A stretch of 64,000 nucleotides of DNA. It comes from Raillietiella orientalis. Its lineage: Eukaryota. Of this stretch, positions 26,879 to 40,275 are shown in pieces (position 1 is the first letter of the stretch; each line of letters opens with the position of its first letter). Under the pieces are notes generated by a model that worked only from the letters and a program-made list of their open reading frames with translations, did not search any database and was not told the DNA's origin. The DNA lies in contig JAYWIR010000021.1 of the NCBI GenBank assembly GCA_036172245.1, forward strand, positions 3,286,001 to 3,350,000, in the 5' to 3' direction. The position numbers and the translations under genes were made by a program.

Positions 26879-28240
26879 CTAAAACACAATCAAGTACTTA
26901 AAACTGCTGCCAAGAAATTTCTTAGCTTTTATCTTCAAAGAATTTGGAATGATCCCAAGTCAAATGAATACATTCTTTCAAATTTTACATTTGAAATTTT
27001 TATTCGCAAGCACATAACTCACTACTGGAAAAATGCTTCAAAGATATTCCAGACAAAGACAATTCCACTGGATTACAACTTGCAGGAGAAATCAAATGCC
27101 TAGAAATTGTATGTTTCAAAAACCTAAGCATAATTGCCAGAATCTGTTTTTACTATTGTTTTCAAATTTGAGAAGGCTTCTGCATTCACTGAAAATTATT
27201 TCATTGAATGAACTGCTTTGAAAAGCACAAAATTCATTGAATACCGAAATCGGCAACCGGCATCACAACTTAGATGAATATATATATGCGTTCACGCTTG
27301 AAATACACGGCATGAATATAGTGTAGCCTTGCAAAAATCTCAAACGGTACTCACACCATTACGCCCGGATAACATGCGGTAATCGGGCAACACAGACATT
27401 CACAGATGGTTGCAGAAATTAAAATGCGCCAATGTTTTAATTACCGATATACTATTAGCAAATTTTGCTTGCTTTCGATTTCAAGAAAAGAATTTACGAT
27501 TTAAGAATACCAATATTTCGATTTTAAGAATACTAACTTTACGGCAGCTTTACGGAAAAACACACACAACTTCCTAGTTTCAGTACGTAGCCCTAACACA
27601 CACTTCACATTTGCTTGGAATCTCTAAAGGTTGCCAAATTCATACGCTCAAATAACGAACTTACAACACACACGGAAGAGTTTACCTTTTTGAAAAGCAT
27701 TATTAAAAAGTTACAGCTCTAATTATTATCTCCCAATTACTGGTCGCTAACTGAAATAAAAGAAAAAGCATGTAATTTACATGATTTCAATTCTAAAATT
27801 ACTTATGAACAAAGCATGAATTTTACAGCATAACACCTTATGCATCCTGGAATATCAACGGATGCAGATCCTCGGCAACTAGGAAGAGGCCAGTATGAAT
27901 TCTGAAATCGAATGTAATGTCACGATGTTGGAAGCTACGGTAACGGAGGCCGAACTTGACGTGGAGCAGTCGGATGGCTTTGGTAATTGCGACTGACCGC
28001 GTGCAATGGCTTCCTGCTTGCCCGCAAGTCCGATGTGCATGTCCGCGCTGCCTGGAATAGCCGAAATCGGCAGAGCGACGCGTGCAGCGAAGATGAGCTC
28101 CAGCAGCCATTCTCGCTTTCTGTCGACCTAACACGGCTTGGCTCATCAACTCACAAACGGGTTGCTAACAGCTCGCAATGGAGAAACAGTGTGCCTTCCA
28201 TCGTCCAGAATGTCGATACCATGTTTGCCGCCGTTTCCAG

Positions 28241-29095
28241 AGATCAGCAATCCTTGGCTCGAAGATTACGCCAAAATTGGGAAGGGATCTTTGGCCGTCT
28301 ACCGCAATCTGTCGGCCAAGATCTCCGAAGAGTTTCGCATGCACTCGGACATGGTGCTGAAAGCATTCAAGTAAGCGCTTGGTGTTCATAAGGCCACGAT
28401 GGAAGGTTGCCTCTCCTCGGTTTCCCAGTTGCTAACCATCTTTCTTTCCTGTTTCAGAATCCAGGGGCGTTTGATGCAACTCCTATGCTGCTCCCAGGAA
28501 CCCGACGACTTGAAAGTGCTTGACCTCCTTCAACCGCTTTCCGAGTGCATCGTTCAGATCGAGGCATTCGAGCAAAGTCAGCGCGACACCGAGACGCATG
28601 TTCACCTGTGTGTGATCAGCCAGAGTGTCGCAGCCATCCTTTGGGTGACCATGGTAGGTGTTGGGCACGCATCCGCAAAGTTTCTTTCCTTTTCGTAGAG
28701 CCCCTATCCCGCGGATGTTGTTCAAGATATGATGTTTTTATGCTGACTCCCTGTGAAGCGCGTCCTCCAAGAATGAAAGGAAAAGTGAGTTTCCGGGTCG
28801 AGGGAAGATCGGGAAAAGATGGTGCTTGCTCGTTTCTTTCAGCGATGATCATGTGTGTTGGGTAAAGTCGTGGAGGACCGTATTGTCCGAGTTGCGCAGT
28901 TTGGCGAAAACCCATCACACGACGTGGGTTCCATGGCACGCAAAAGGTGCCAGCGTTGAGGAGCACGTAACCACAAGCCCACCTCCACCCTTACCGACCT
29001 CTTCCCACTGTCCTACGTCCCGGTGACCCGGAAGGCCTGCTTTGCTTGCACGTTCGAATGCAGGCAAAGCAGTCACAATAAATACGTGTCGAATT
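28241..29095 (+). pseudogene. CAP: Adenylyl cyclase-associated protein (CAP/Srv2) N-terminal part, intron-containing, disrupted
   Basis: Exons 28241-28370, 28458-28653, 28699-28784 and 28843 onward have GT-AG introns of 87, 45 and 58 nt. The translation includes 'LAVYRNLSAKISEEFRMHSDMVLKAF', 'LLQPLSECIVQI...HLCVISQSVAAILWV', 'RVLQE*KE|NDDHVCWVKSWRTVLSELRSLAKTHHTTWVPW', a poly-Pro stretch and a WH2-like 'LLARSNAGKAVT'. These match the CAP helical domain order. In-frame TGA at 28744 and 28774, stop at 29024-29026; no C-terminal CARP domain recognised. Confidence 0.8.
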
Positions 29096-29849
29096 TCGAA
29101 TGATCTTTCAGTTCTTGAATGGTCCACGACTGCCAAGTCGCCCATTCCACATTACCGAGAGTTTGGCACCATGCGACGGCACGAACGAAGTTGTGCAGAA
29201 TGCTCGGCCACTTTCCAGCGTTGTTTTTATTTTCCCTCGTTCCCTCGAATGCGTGAGCGCTGAATGAGCAAAACAAGCAGAAAAGAACCGCAAAAGATCA
29301 AAGTCGACTTCGAAACTGCGAGTTCGACTGCATCCACTCAATTTTGGCACACATTGGAATGGGATGCTCCTTTTTCGCTTCCAGATGCAACACGCACCCT
29401 GCGCGGTCCAGCGAGAGCCAACTCTCGTGAAACCACTGCTCTCCAAAGTAGCAAAGATGAAGTTTCAGCCACAGCAGATTCCACCCAAAGCTGACCAAGG
29501 CAGCAACAGTCAGAAGATTGGACGGATTCCCATTATTGAGAATCCGAACCGGGCATGCCGTCCACCCATTTAGTACCAGCCGAACAAATTTTCCACTTTT
29601 TTCTTTCGCAAGCAAACGCAACATTCGTGGAACTGAGGCATTACGTACACTCACGCTGCTGCCGGGTTGCATGCAAAAGCTTACCCGGAAAGGGTTCTTT
29701 GCTCTTGCTGGTGATCTGCACAGGAGATTCGTGACTCCGCTGACTCCGACAACACATGCCAGCGTCATCGGACTCATGCGACCGGATTTGGCAGCTATAT
29801 GGAAAGCACCAACGTCTTTAGAGGGCATATCCTTCGGATTGGCAGGCTG

Positions 29850-30570
29850 CCGCTTTGCACTGGAGCGATCTACCGAGTATTCCGAAGGAAGAAGATGCTC
29901 AGTGTTGCTCAGAGCTTTTGGACAGACGCACTCACTCACTGAAGTGGCGGGAGACCGCGCTGATGCTGTTGCAGTGGGGCCTCTCCCGTCCAGCACTCGC
30001 CGGCATCACTGGACATGGGTGTGTGGGGACCTCAGCTGCGGAGGTGCGGGGAACGCGGATGCCTCTTGCAGCTCCTAGTGGACTAGAATACCCTCCAGCC
30101 CCTCTGGGAACGCCTTGCCGCGACCCTAGTAACCTCTTTCGGCAGCTCCAGAGAAGCTCGAAACCCGCTGCTCGTTCGCAAGGCACTTTGGGTGGCAGCC
30201 TCGCTAGCGTCCCCATACTGCCTACGCGGGATCGTCTCTGCCTGCAACAGGATGCCATCCCCTTTGACGTACAATTATTGAAGATGCAACCAGATGACCC
30301 CTCCAGTTCACATCTCCATACAGCAAGACCTTGACGGAATCCTACAGAGGATGCTAAGCACCGCCGCTAGCAGGCAGTGATCCCTTCCCGCACTCCCCGC
30401 AAACTTTACTTATTGAACTTTTGGTTTCTTTCTTTTCTTGTTGTTTGCCTCCCTTCCCTCAACTGCCGCGGTGGACCTCACCGATGTGCGACACGGCAAC
30501 CCCGCAGGCTCCCGGCGAAACGTTGGTAGATGGAGACCCGCTCCAACCACACTTCTCTGGAGCTGTTTCC
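29850..30570 (+). mobile_element. Family A non-LTR retrotransposon, 3' fragment with 3' UTR module
   Basis: 'LKWRETALMLLQWGL', 'HWTWVCGDLSCGGAG' and 'HLLVD*' resemble the ORF2 C-terminus. They are followed by TGATCCCTTCC, a T tract and the CTGCCG...CCGCAG module (30463-30507). Confidence 0.8.
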
Positions 30571-32749
30571 TTTTCTTAACACCATCTACCGCCTACGTCT
30601 CAGGTCGCCACTCACGAACCACCGACTCGTGGCTATTCCGTGGGGTCGTTAGTGCCAATATATACCTAGACAATATTGTCATGTAATATATGACAACAAC
30701 ATCTTATGTTATATCAAACTAAATCATAACATAGAATTATCAAAATCATTAACAAATTTTCTAGTATTCCGACAGCCGAAAAGCCTGATACTAGGACACC
30801 GGTCGATAAGCATTGGCATCCAAAAGCCTATTAGTAGGCTTGCAGTGAAAAAATGTGCTAAAGGAAACGGTCCGGCGCACCCGGGTCTGAACGCAGTGTC
30901 CCACGGAGACCTTCACGTCAGAATTCTTCATGCCTCAAGTGGCCTCGCGAGTAAGAAGAGGGCAAGCGAAAGGTAAAGAGTGGAAGGGAGGAGCCGAAAT
31001 GCCGTTTTGCATGATGATCTCCTTCGGAAAGAGAATGCTGCCATCCAAGGCCGACACGGCCTCCCTCTGGTGGCAGTGATACCAAAGTTCTGCTGAGAGG
31101 GACACTATCACAGGAAAGGCCAGAGGTTGGCCGCGAAACCGGTGGTGCTATCCCTCTCACGATGCTGTATCCGAGACGAACGAAGACGCCTACGCTCACG
31201 CCACTCCACGGATGATCAGTCTAGAATACGGATGTCCGTCCGGTGTTCACTCGTTCGCAAGTTGTGATGTACAAGTTTGCGAAAAACCAGATTGTAGGTA
31301 TAAAGGAGGTCAGTGGGTGCGCAATTCGCTGAAACCACTTGTGTGGATGCAGGACTCGCGCAACGACTTCCGAACACATCCACCACCATCCAGAGCAGAA
31401 AGCTCTTTCCCGCCATGGTGGACCGTTCGGATAGCTGAAAGGTAAACCTTCCCACACCTGTTGTTTGAGTGTGTTGCCCTCCTGAGAGTGTGGGGAGCAT
31501 ACTGCAGTCCCCAAAGGACAACCGGAAGGACATGGACAGGGACGTTATCTCCATCTCAGGTGCACCACGAGAAGGGCGCATCTCACACATCACAAAGAGA
31601 AACTTACTTACCTGCAACCTCGAAATGGTTCTTGCCATCCGAAGGTGCGCTGGAGCGTTGATTGTGGAAAACGAACTAACAGAGGATGTGGAAGGAATGC
31701 CGTGAAGGAGGCTCGCAGACTCGCAAGGTTCGCTGGTCCGCAGCAGAAAAGCAGAAGGACAAGCATGAACGGAAAGAAAATGCAAAAGGAAGTAGAAGGA
31801 AATGGGGGGAAAACGTTTGGAAGGAACCAGAAGGAATCGCTGCCTGTTCCTCTGCATCTTTTCATCTTTTCGGCGAGGTGCTGCTGAACTCTTCCCAACT
31901 GGGACCATCTTAATGCTTTTCGTAGGAAGCAAATGGCCACGCGGAACGATGGCGCGTCCGTGTCTCCCAGGCGTCGCTGCAGGCCGCCACGATCCGGCTC
32001 TAGCCGCAATGAGCTGCTAGGGACGCGACTGGCGGTAGATGCATCACGCACGAAGGTGAACTTCCAAACGCTCCTGCAATTGTCCCCTGTATCCCAAGGT
32101 CAGGCACTAAGTTTTACCACCAGGAAGCCTGAGAGCCAAAGAATCCACATGCAGCTGCGGGAGGATCCTCGCTCCCCGTCCCGGCTATAGTTGGGGCTCC
32201 CACACAACCCGGGTCCAGTGAAGTCGGAGGGGGTTTGATGAGAAACCCCAGTGCAACAGCAGAATCGCCGAATACGAAACCCGAAAGGTAGCATGTAAGT
32301 GTTTTCAGGAGGACTGGGGACCATTGGAAGTCTTCCCGGGGAATTGCCAAGAGCTCGCGGCCGCGGAAACGTCCCTTCTGTAGGGCACTTGGTCCCTGCG
32401 ATCAACCACCCAAGTCTTTCTCCCTGGAGTTGAACTCGCACAAAACCTTCCACCTTGTTGGCATGCTGCTGCCAAGAAGCTCCCTCAGGCATCATTGCCG
32501 CGTGGGAGGTTCAATGCAGCCTCAGCTCCCTTGCCACGATGCACGACTGTTTTCTAAAGGCAGCAATTGTTACAGAAGCAGTACAGCAACCGCCGCCGTA
32601 GCTCCGGGCCCGTCTCCTTGCTATTCGCCCGCGTGCCCAGTTTCCTGCAACCAAACGCTACCGTTCGCGTACCGATCCTGCTGGAGGTCCAGCTGTTCTC
32701 CCAAGTCAGTGAAACGTGATGCGAAGTGCGCAGTGGGCCACGTTGGACA

Positions 32750-33290
32750 ATATGCCTAGCATACCAAGAAAGTGGATGCGATTTTTTCGCAAGGATGGGC
32801 GTCGAAGGCAGAACGAACTCGAGTGCAAACGCTGGGGATGCTTTCGGTACACTTTTGATGAGACCGATCAGGTGTGAGAAAATCCCAACGTGGAGGAAAT
32901 TGTATTCCATCTTCTCCAGGTGTTGACTGTATGCGCCTTGCGCTGCGTCAGAAAAAACGCAGGAGAGCTGTCCTGCTCCGGCGCTGCCAGACGGCCACGG
33001 ATCGTCGGCGATCCCAGGAACAGGGTCGGGCAAACCTCCTTCGCTTTTTTCGCAGCGACGGAAAAGGGAGCTAAATGCCGGCTGTGCCCTCGCCTGCCTT
33101 AGACTGCTTGGCAACGAATAACGTCGTGCAGAGCGGAGGCAGCAGCCACCTCGACAGCTCGTTTCTCCGGGAACACCTGCCGCGCACAATCTTCCCTTCG
33201 GTCTTCCTGGGCCATCAGCGAACCTTTCTGCGCGCAAGCCTGCCCCCAACTGCGTGCGCAGGGGCGCAACAACGCTCGTGTCGTGACAAG
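32750..33290 (-). pseudogene. Possible Nup98-96 (Nup96) remnant
   Basis: Across frameshifts: 'LLRPCARSWGQ', ~20 aa, 'SRRNELSRWL', 'AFSSL', then 'HPLSWY'. These occur in the order of the Nup96 motifs as I recall them (LCEALWG; RRRAFSRWL; VFSYL; IHLWY). Judged by eye only. Confidence 0.3.
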
Positions 33291-34789
33291 AAAGGAACAT
33301 TTGTTCCCAAATGGCAATTCCGGAGATGGAGGCCGGCAGGCCTTGCAGATGGAACGCGGAAGAGCTACCAACGTTGGCCGGTCATTGCGGAAGCCGATCG
33401 GACAGCGGACGCGCCGGTCGCACGCCTCCAGCAGGCCGCAGTTTCATTTTCGGCACGCGACACTCACCAGCAACATGACATTTGCAGAACAGAAGGAGAT
33501 TCCCATCATATATGGCTGCGACGACAGGAAATCGTCCTTGCAGAACGTTCCGAAGGGAGGAAAACGCTTCCTTTTACCAAACGAAAAGATGGGATGGATT
33601 CCTTGCGAAACGACACATTTGCACAACGTCGCCGCCGTTGGCCGTTTCATTTCCTCCCTCCGTTCAAGCAAGCCTTCGCTACGCGCACGTTCTCCGCACC
33701 GGAAATGCTGCCGCTTCACCCTTCCCAGCTGTCACCTCTGCAGCACTTCTTCATCGTGCATCCTTTCTTGTGGGTCACGCACATACACGAGTTTCACCCA
33801 TCCATCACAAGATGACGCATCTCCGCTGATCTTTGCCAAACCTCTATCGTGAAGCCCGTATCGCTCGAGCCTCGTTTCCACCGAGATGGGCAAGAAGGAA
33901 GGCAGCGCAGTTGCATAGCGAAGAAGCGCACATGCGAAATGCGCCAGCTCAGTTCCCATCCATTTTCTCCTTCACGTCACACCGTCAATTGGATTTTCTG
34001 CCGCGTTTCACGCCGTCGTATGCACCGTCACAAACCTTTCCATCCAAATGAAGCAAACGAGCAGCACGAGAGAGTCCGTTTTTTCTCCTCTTCCACCGAC
34101 CTCGCTTGCCCCCGCACTGTTTCGCATGTTGAGCACAGTGAAGGCTAGAACGCTCGTCCCATGGTCGCTCTGACCAGAAAGCAAGCTGTTCCCATCAGGC
34201 AGTCGAACGCTATCAGTGCGTCCCTGCCGAATCCATCCATTTTTCATTGGGTTCGTGCGGTGCGTGCCCGTCGACACGATGGCTGCCTCCGCACCGTCGC
34301 CACGCTCGGGCTCGCACGTGGCGCTCGTTTCTCGCCGACGCTACCGACAAAAAAAAACAACCACCAGGTTCCGGTCAGGTGCAGTACCCGTCAGTATGCA
34401 AGGTTTGCCTCCTCCAGTTTCTCCTGCTCCTGGAAACCTTGCTATTCCCTCTGCATCCCTGTATCCTTCATCGGCGGCAAGCTCCCATGTTCAGCGCATC
34501 CAGTTTCTGGAAGCATCCTCTTCCTGCTTTCCCCCGTGTGCGCCGGCGCGTTGCTTGCGAACTTTCTGGGAACGCAGCACCCAGAGAGAGGGAAAAGAAG
34601 GACGTTGGACATTTTTCCCCAAATCCCACAAGGGGTGGGGTAATTTATTGCTCATTCATACTACATTCACATTCACGCAATCGATACTTTTGTTCCGCAC
34701 TTTTAAGTTCATTCCACTATCACTTGGGGAGTCACTCGGGGAAGTCCACATTGGATTTGCACTTTGGAGGACTACGTATGGGTTTAAGC

Positions 34790-37700
34790 TTGGGCAATAC
34801 TTACTATCCTGCGAAGGATGTGCTTGTACGTCCAAGCTTGCACTTTCCTGCAGTTCCTGATTCCAATTTCCTTCTGGACGAGTCCTCGGATGATGTCCAT
34901 GGGATGTGCTGCCGTTCGGGTTTTTGCCATCTTCCACCATCGGATTAGGATGGCTTTGATGACCAAGGCAATGGTTATCCTAGCCATCGGGTTGTACAGG
35001 CGTTCCCCTGAAACATCCGCGCTAGGACTTCCGTGGTGGTGACGTCGGGTAGTCTTATGACCCTTTTCAGAGTCTCCCAGTCCCGGTGGATTGTGGGACA
35101 TGTTAGGACGTGGAGTCTTGTTTCTTAATCGCGACTCTCCTTGCATCTGCCGTCTTCCACGTTTCCCGTGATGTGGAAGATCCTGGAACCACTCAGGATT
35201 CCTCCCTGATAAAACATCAGGAGGTCGTCCTGAGCGTTCGGCGGTAGGTCACTCCTCCATAGTGTTGTGCCAATCGCCAACAGATTGATCCTCAGACTTC
35301 CGTGGCGATCGGCAGATTCATGGAGGGCACTGATGTCCTGGTTCTCGTCCTTAATCATCCTTCGGAGGTTTTTCCTATCCTCCCTGGACCACGCGAAGTT
35401 GTTGTGGTTTTTCCACACCTCGCGGGTCCTGTGGGTGAATTTTCCCAGCACCATCTCGATATATCGAAGTATACGAGAATGGTGAAGGTTTCCTCCTCTT
35501 CTCCATTTCTGGATTTTCTTCAGGGTAATTCTGGGCCGCTGGCGGATCCAGCTTCTTGTGTCAGGAGGCACGCGAAGCATTCTAGGGATCACCAGGATGG
35601 ATTCCTCCTGCTAGAGTTCCCTGCTTCGTGGCACAATCTTCAGCTGGTGTTTTTGTACCAACTGCTGTTTCCTCTTCCAGGTTGGATCTATCGTGTTCCA
35701 ATCTCCTGCTCGGCCTAGCAGCGCAGTCATTGGGCCCTTCGAGTTGTTCAATAACAACGAATAGGCCCTGTGCGTCGCATACGGCCAGTCATTCCAATTA
35801 GCGGCGATCTCCAGGATTTGTCGCGTATCCATGATATCCGCGGAATGTGCAAGCGACTTCATCCCGGAACCGCCTTCTTCCCTGGGACGACACAGGGGTT
35901 TTAGTCGAACTCTTGGGCGATAGTGGCCCCACAGTGTTTTTCTCTGCAGCTTGTCGAACACCCTCGTGGTGTCCTTGTTCATCCTCGCGAAGGCCGCCCC
36001 GAAGAGCACTTTTGGAAGGAGTACTCCGTTCCACAGGTTGGCCCTCCGCTTCATGTTGAAGTCCGTCCGCGTGTACTTCGTCGCTTCTGCTGCTGCCTTT
36101 CCCAGGATTTCGGTCCATAGCAGCTTCGACGCGGAGTCGTCGCCAATGTAGATTCCAAGGTACTTGGCGCTGTCCACCGTTCGGAATCCTTCCTCCGTTA
36201 GTGGGGAGAGATCCAGGATTCCGACGGGCAAAAGTTGACTCTTCTGGGCATTGATTTTTAGCCCAAGTCCTTTTTCCATCATCTCCTCCACATCCAGGAA
36301 CGCATACTGATCTCGTTCCTCCTTGATAAAGAAGAGGAGATCATCCGCGTAGGCCAGATGGGTGAGCTTCTGGTCGTCCATCTGGATCCCTCGTAGGCGT
36401 CCGCTTCTTTCGAGAAATGATGTGAGAGCCTCCATGTAGATAACAAACAGCATCAGACTTAGCACGTCGCCCTGGCGGACTCCTCGTTCCATCCTGATAG
36501 TTGCTGTTTCTGCTCCGTTGATCTTGATGAGAAAGTGTTGATGGCCAAGTAACATCCTCACGAAGTTGCCGAAGTGCTCCGGGAGGCCCAGTTTTCCTAG
36601 AATCTTCAGCAGCATCCCATGGTCGATGGTATCGTAGGCCTTCTCCATGTCTGTGAACACCAGCACCAGGTTCTCGCCGGCGTATCGGCTGAGTCCCACG
36701 GTGGCCTGGGCACACTTGACATTGTCCGACATGTGGCGTCCAGGCACCGCACATGTCTAAACTGGAGAGATTAGCTTCGGCATGACCTTGGCTAAGCGGT
36801 TGGCCCAGATCTTCGCCAACCACTTGGCCATCCGAGTTGAGGATTGAGATTGGCCTCCATTGGGAAACCTTGGTTAGGTCTCCGCTCTCCGGAAGCAATC
36901 ATCCTGCTCTCGTAGAATGACGCTGGTAGTCTGCCTTCTTGCCGGATGCATAGGGTCAGTTGGTGGAACAGGCGCAGGTAGGCGTGCAGGTACCTCTGGT
37001 AGTGAGAGATGGGAACACTATCAGGCCTGCCGCCACGTCCTTGCGAAGTTCCGAAAACGCAGCCTTCACCTCTTCTTCTGAGAAATCCTCTTCCAAAATC
37101 TTCCGCTGGCGTTCATCGATCTTCCTCTCCAAGTAGCCCAGAAAAGCATTTTGTGTCGCCGGGCACAGGTGTTGGTGCCGGAAGTGTCCCGTGTACTGCC
37201 TCTGGAAGGCTTCCACGATCTCCTCCGACGTGCGCCGGCCGTGGCCATCGTACTGGATGCAGAAGATGTCTGTTGCCAGATTCTTCTTCTCCAGCACGCC
37301 AACTTCCCCTTTGATGTTTGTGAAGACGTACCGTCTCTCGTTCTCTTCCCAGTACTTTGAGAGGGAGTGATCTTTGGTGTTCTGCTCCTGGTACGCTTCC
37401 TGCCTCAGTCGCTTGTCCCCGTACTGCATGTTGCAGAACAGGTGGACTCGATGTTTCTGGCTGTCCCAGTCGGCGACTCTTTGGATGGTGCTGGTCCTCA
37501 GAATCGCCTCGATGAGTTCTTGATGACTGGAAAGCGTCTCGAACCTGACGGGCATGCAGATGAGCGCCGCCCTTGTGTTCTGCTTCCGCCGAGGATTTTC
37601 CGTTCTTAAGGAGAACCGCACTAGCATGTGATTGGACAGAGAGGTGGGCGTGTCGCGAAATCCCTCGATGCGGTTCTCGAGCTCTGTGCTGTGTAGGACG

Positions 37701-38267
37701 TGGTCGATCGGCTTGTGGCTAGCTGTTTGCCACAGAAGTCCAAAGTCGTCGGATAACCGCCGATACGCCGTCCTTGCTCTGGCGTCCCGGGTGTGGATGA
37801 TCTCCTCCAGGATGTTCAGATCGCCGGTGACGATCACGACGTCCTTGGGTGTGACCTTCTGCCGGAGTGCTGCATGCAGCGCTTCCGCGCATTGATGTTT
37901 TTGCATGTGCATTCCGTACACGCTCACCAAGAATAGGTGAACAGTGGCAGACCACGCTAATCGTACACCGATGATTCGTCCCTACATGGGACAGAAGACT
38001 TCCAGGATTGTAGGGGCCAGGTCGTAGTTCACCAGCACTGCCACTCCTTCAATGTTCCTCTGTCCCTCGCTGACGAACATTTGCATGTTAAGGCGTCGTT
38101 CCATTTCCAGGCTGATCTGATGACCCAGCTTGTGGGTCTCTTGCAGACACAATGTTCTCATGTGCGTTCTTGCGCACGATTCTTTTTCTTTTACTCCGGT
38201 CGATCAGTCCATTAACGTTCCAGGAGGCGATGCTGAGCCTCCTGGCAGTGGACAGCGAAGAGGCCAT
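34790..38267 (-). pseudogene. Family B ORF2: apurinic-like endonuclease plus reverse transcriptase, frameshifted
   Basis: ATG at 38267. APE motifs SWNVNGL, CLQETH (shifted frame), VTGDLN, IDHVL, LSNH. RT motifs WRPISILNSD, FTDMEKAYDTIDH, GVRQGDVLS, AYADD, KYLGI. C-terminal 'CKE..*ETRLHVLTC'. Split over ORFs 38088-38279, 36956-37930, 35611-36747 and 35125-35592. Confidence 0.9.
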
Positions 38268-39843
38268 TAAGGGGTTCACTTCTTCGCTCTTCTGAGCTTC
38301 TTGTGTTGGGGAGACCGTTGCCGTCTCTCCGACGAAGGAGCGGGCTTCTCACTCCCAGCATCGCTCTACGTTCCGTAAAGTCGGTGTGGTCGGCTTCCTC
38401 GGTGGAGTGCTCGGATCGTGCGGCTAGCTTTCGAGGTAAAACCTCCAACGCAACCTTGGTACAGAAGTTTGCCTTTACATCGAGAAGCTTTTCCTCTAGC
38501 TTCTCGCGTTCCGCATCCTCCACCACCTGATTGACCGTTTCTTACGCATTGCAGATCTTCTGTAGGAGTTGCTCCTGCTGAGGTCCGCTCTGCACCTCCA
38601 TAACTTCTGCCAATTTCATTACCTCTTCGGTTGTCTGCAGGGCCTCATGCGAGACCGGGGTAGGTTCTGGCACCTCCGCCACCTCGCCTTCCTCCGCAAC
38701 TTCCATTTTGTCTCCTCCCACCGCTTCTACTTCTGGAGTAAGAGGTGTTTCCTGCTCCTTAAGGAGCATCTTCCTCTTCCCCTTCTTCCCTATTTCAACA
38801 GAGCCGTCCGCCGAAACCGGAGCGGCCTCCTTCGCCTTCCTCTGCTTCGCCTGTTTTTGAGGGTTTACAACCTCCTCCATGACCTTTACCCGCACGGGGG
38901 ATTCGCCACGCATAGTCCGGTAGTTCGCGAACTCCGGACGACACCACCTCGCATGTCCAGGCTGCTTACAAAAGGAACACACCTCCGGCATGTCACAATT
39001 GCGCACCTGATGGCCCTGCTTTCGACAGCGAAAGCAGCGAGACCTAGGGCACGAGCCCTGTCGATGTCCAAAGTTTTTGCAACCGGTGCAAAAGACCGGT
39101 TGCTGCCTATATCAAACGGAGACTTCTTGCAAGTCTTCGTCGATATGCAAAATCCCAGGGATCTGTGTATCCTCGTTGAGTTTCACTCTGGCGAGAACTT
39201 CGCCCGAAAAGATGTTTCCGGAGATGTTCTGGAATTTTACTTCCAAAACTTCTCCGTACTTGGACAGGCAATCCCATATTTTCTCCTGCTTAGTGGTGAC
39301 ACCTATGCCGCTCAGAAAGACGGTCGTGTACGGCATTTTGCCGATACCACGCACCATCCTCCCCTGTAGGTTGATGCCCTTCTCAATTAGGGATTCACTC
39401 CGATGTACTCGGGATGATCGCCTGAAGGCGATAAAAGTCCACGTTGCCTTGAATAAGTCCAAGTACACTTCCCTGATGTTGTTAAACTGGATCAGTCCGG
39501 TTTAGAACAGAATCGGCTTAGATGTAGGGCTGATCCGAACAACCGGCTCCTTACATCTAGTGATGCTCCCGTTACCAGGCTTTCCGAATTTCCTATTTGG
39601 CTGGGTACTGGGCTGGCCCGCCGCGACCGCCGCGTACCAGAATGGCTGCCCCGCCGCAGCCAAGCAAGATGGCGTCGCATCCCGCACGCCGTGCACCGCG
39701 TGGACGCTCGCGGGTCCCGCCTAGGACGGCGCCTCCGCGGGCGCGACCCTTGGCATCGCCACCGCTTCGTCACTGCCGTACGTTACCTCCATTTCTATGG
39801 GGGACGTCGCCCTCCTCGCTGCTCCTCCTGTCGGTGCCTGCAT
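38212..39843 (-). pseudogene. Family B ORF1 (gag-like nucleic-acid-binding protein, three zinc knuckles), in-frame stops
   Basis: ORFs ending at 39721, 39502, 39112, 38542 and 38212 share one frame. They contain 'YAAVAA', 'LSKYGEVLEV', CTGCKNFGHRQGSC, CFRCRKQGHQVRNC and CSFCKQPGHARWC. ORF1 overlaps the ORF2 start by 56 nt. The start codon is uncertain. Confidence 0.85.
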
Positions 39844-40004
39844 CCTCGCGGCTGGCACTGCCGCTGAGGGGGTTGGAAGGGCTTCCACCGTGGATTCCTC
39901 GGCGTTGCTGCTGCAGGTGTAGGGAACGATCCTCGGCTGCTGCGTCAGTGCACACTCTTCACAATTTGCCCTCTCCGGGCACTCGAAAAATTGCCGGGGC
40001 GGCC

Positions 40005-40270
40005 GGGGCACGAGCTCGGCAAGGGCGCCAAAGTCACCCTATAGGCTCTCAGCTCCAACTCAAAGTAGGTGCTAAGAGCAGGGGATTGAGACTATCGCCC
40101 TGACTTATGTCCCTCCGCAGCGGCACACCGTACACCTGACTACTAAGAGAGACGGTAATTATCGCACTGCGCCAGCCGGAGCGCAGGTAGGTGATCAAGG
40201 TGGGTGGGAAGCCCATGAGACCCAGGAGCTCCAACAGAAGCTCCTGGTCCACGCAGTCAAACGCCTTGTG
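40005..40270 (-). mobile_element. Family A RT core fragment
   Basis: 'KAFDCVDQELLLELLGLMGFP...ISQGDSLNPLL...RAYRVTLAPLPSSCPG', breaking off just before the YADD motif. Confidence 0.85.
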
Positions 40271-40275
40271 GCAAC

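Larger units (their letters stand above)
34640..40005 (-). mobile_element. Family B near full-length L1/Tx1-clade non-LTR retrotransposon (~5.4 kb), disrupted
   Basis: Colinear ORF1 (RRM-like region plus 3 CCHC knuckles), APE endonuclease, RT, C-terminal Cys/His motif, then AATAAA at 34644-34649. No poly(A) tail or TSD recognised. Confidence 0.9.

Noticed and set aside
28744..28776. TGA reassignment (two in-frame TGAs in CAP; TGA-only stops in one frame of the first 642-bp unit)
   Set aside because: The peroxiredoxin uses TGG for Trp, eIF3f ends at a TGA in the expected place, CAP has other lesions, and later array units gain a TAG.
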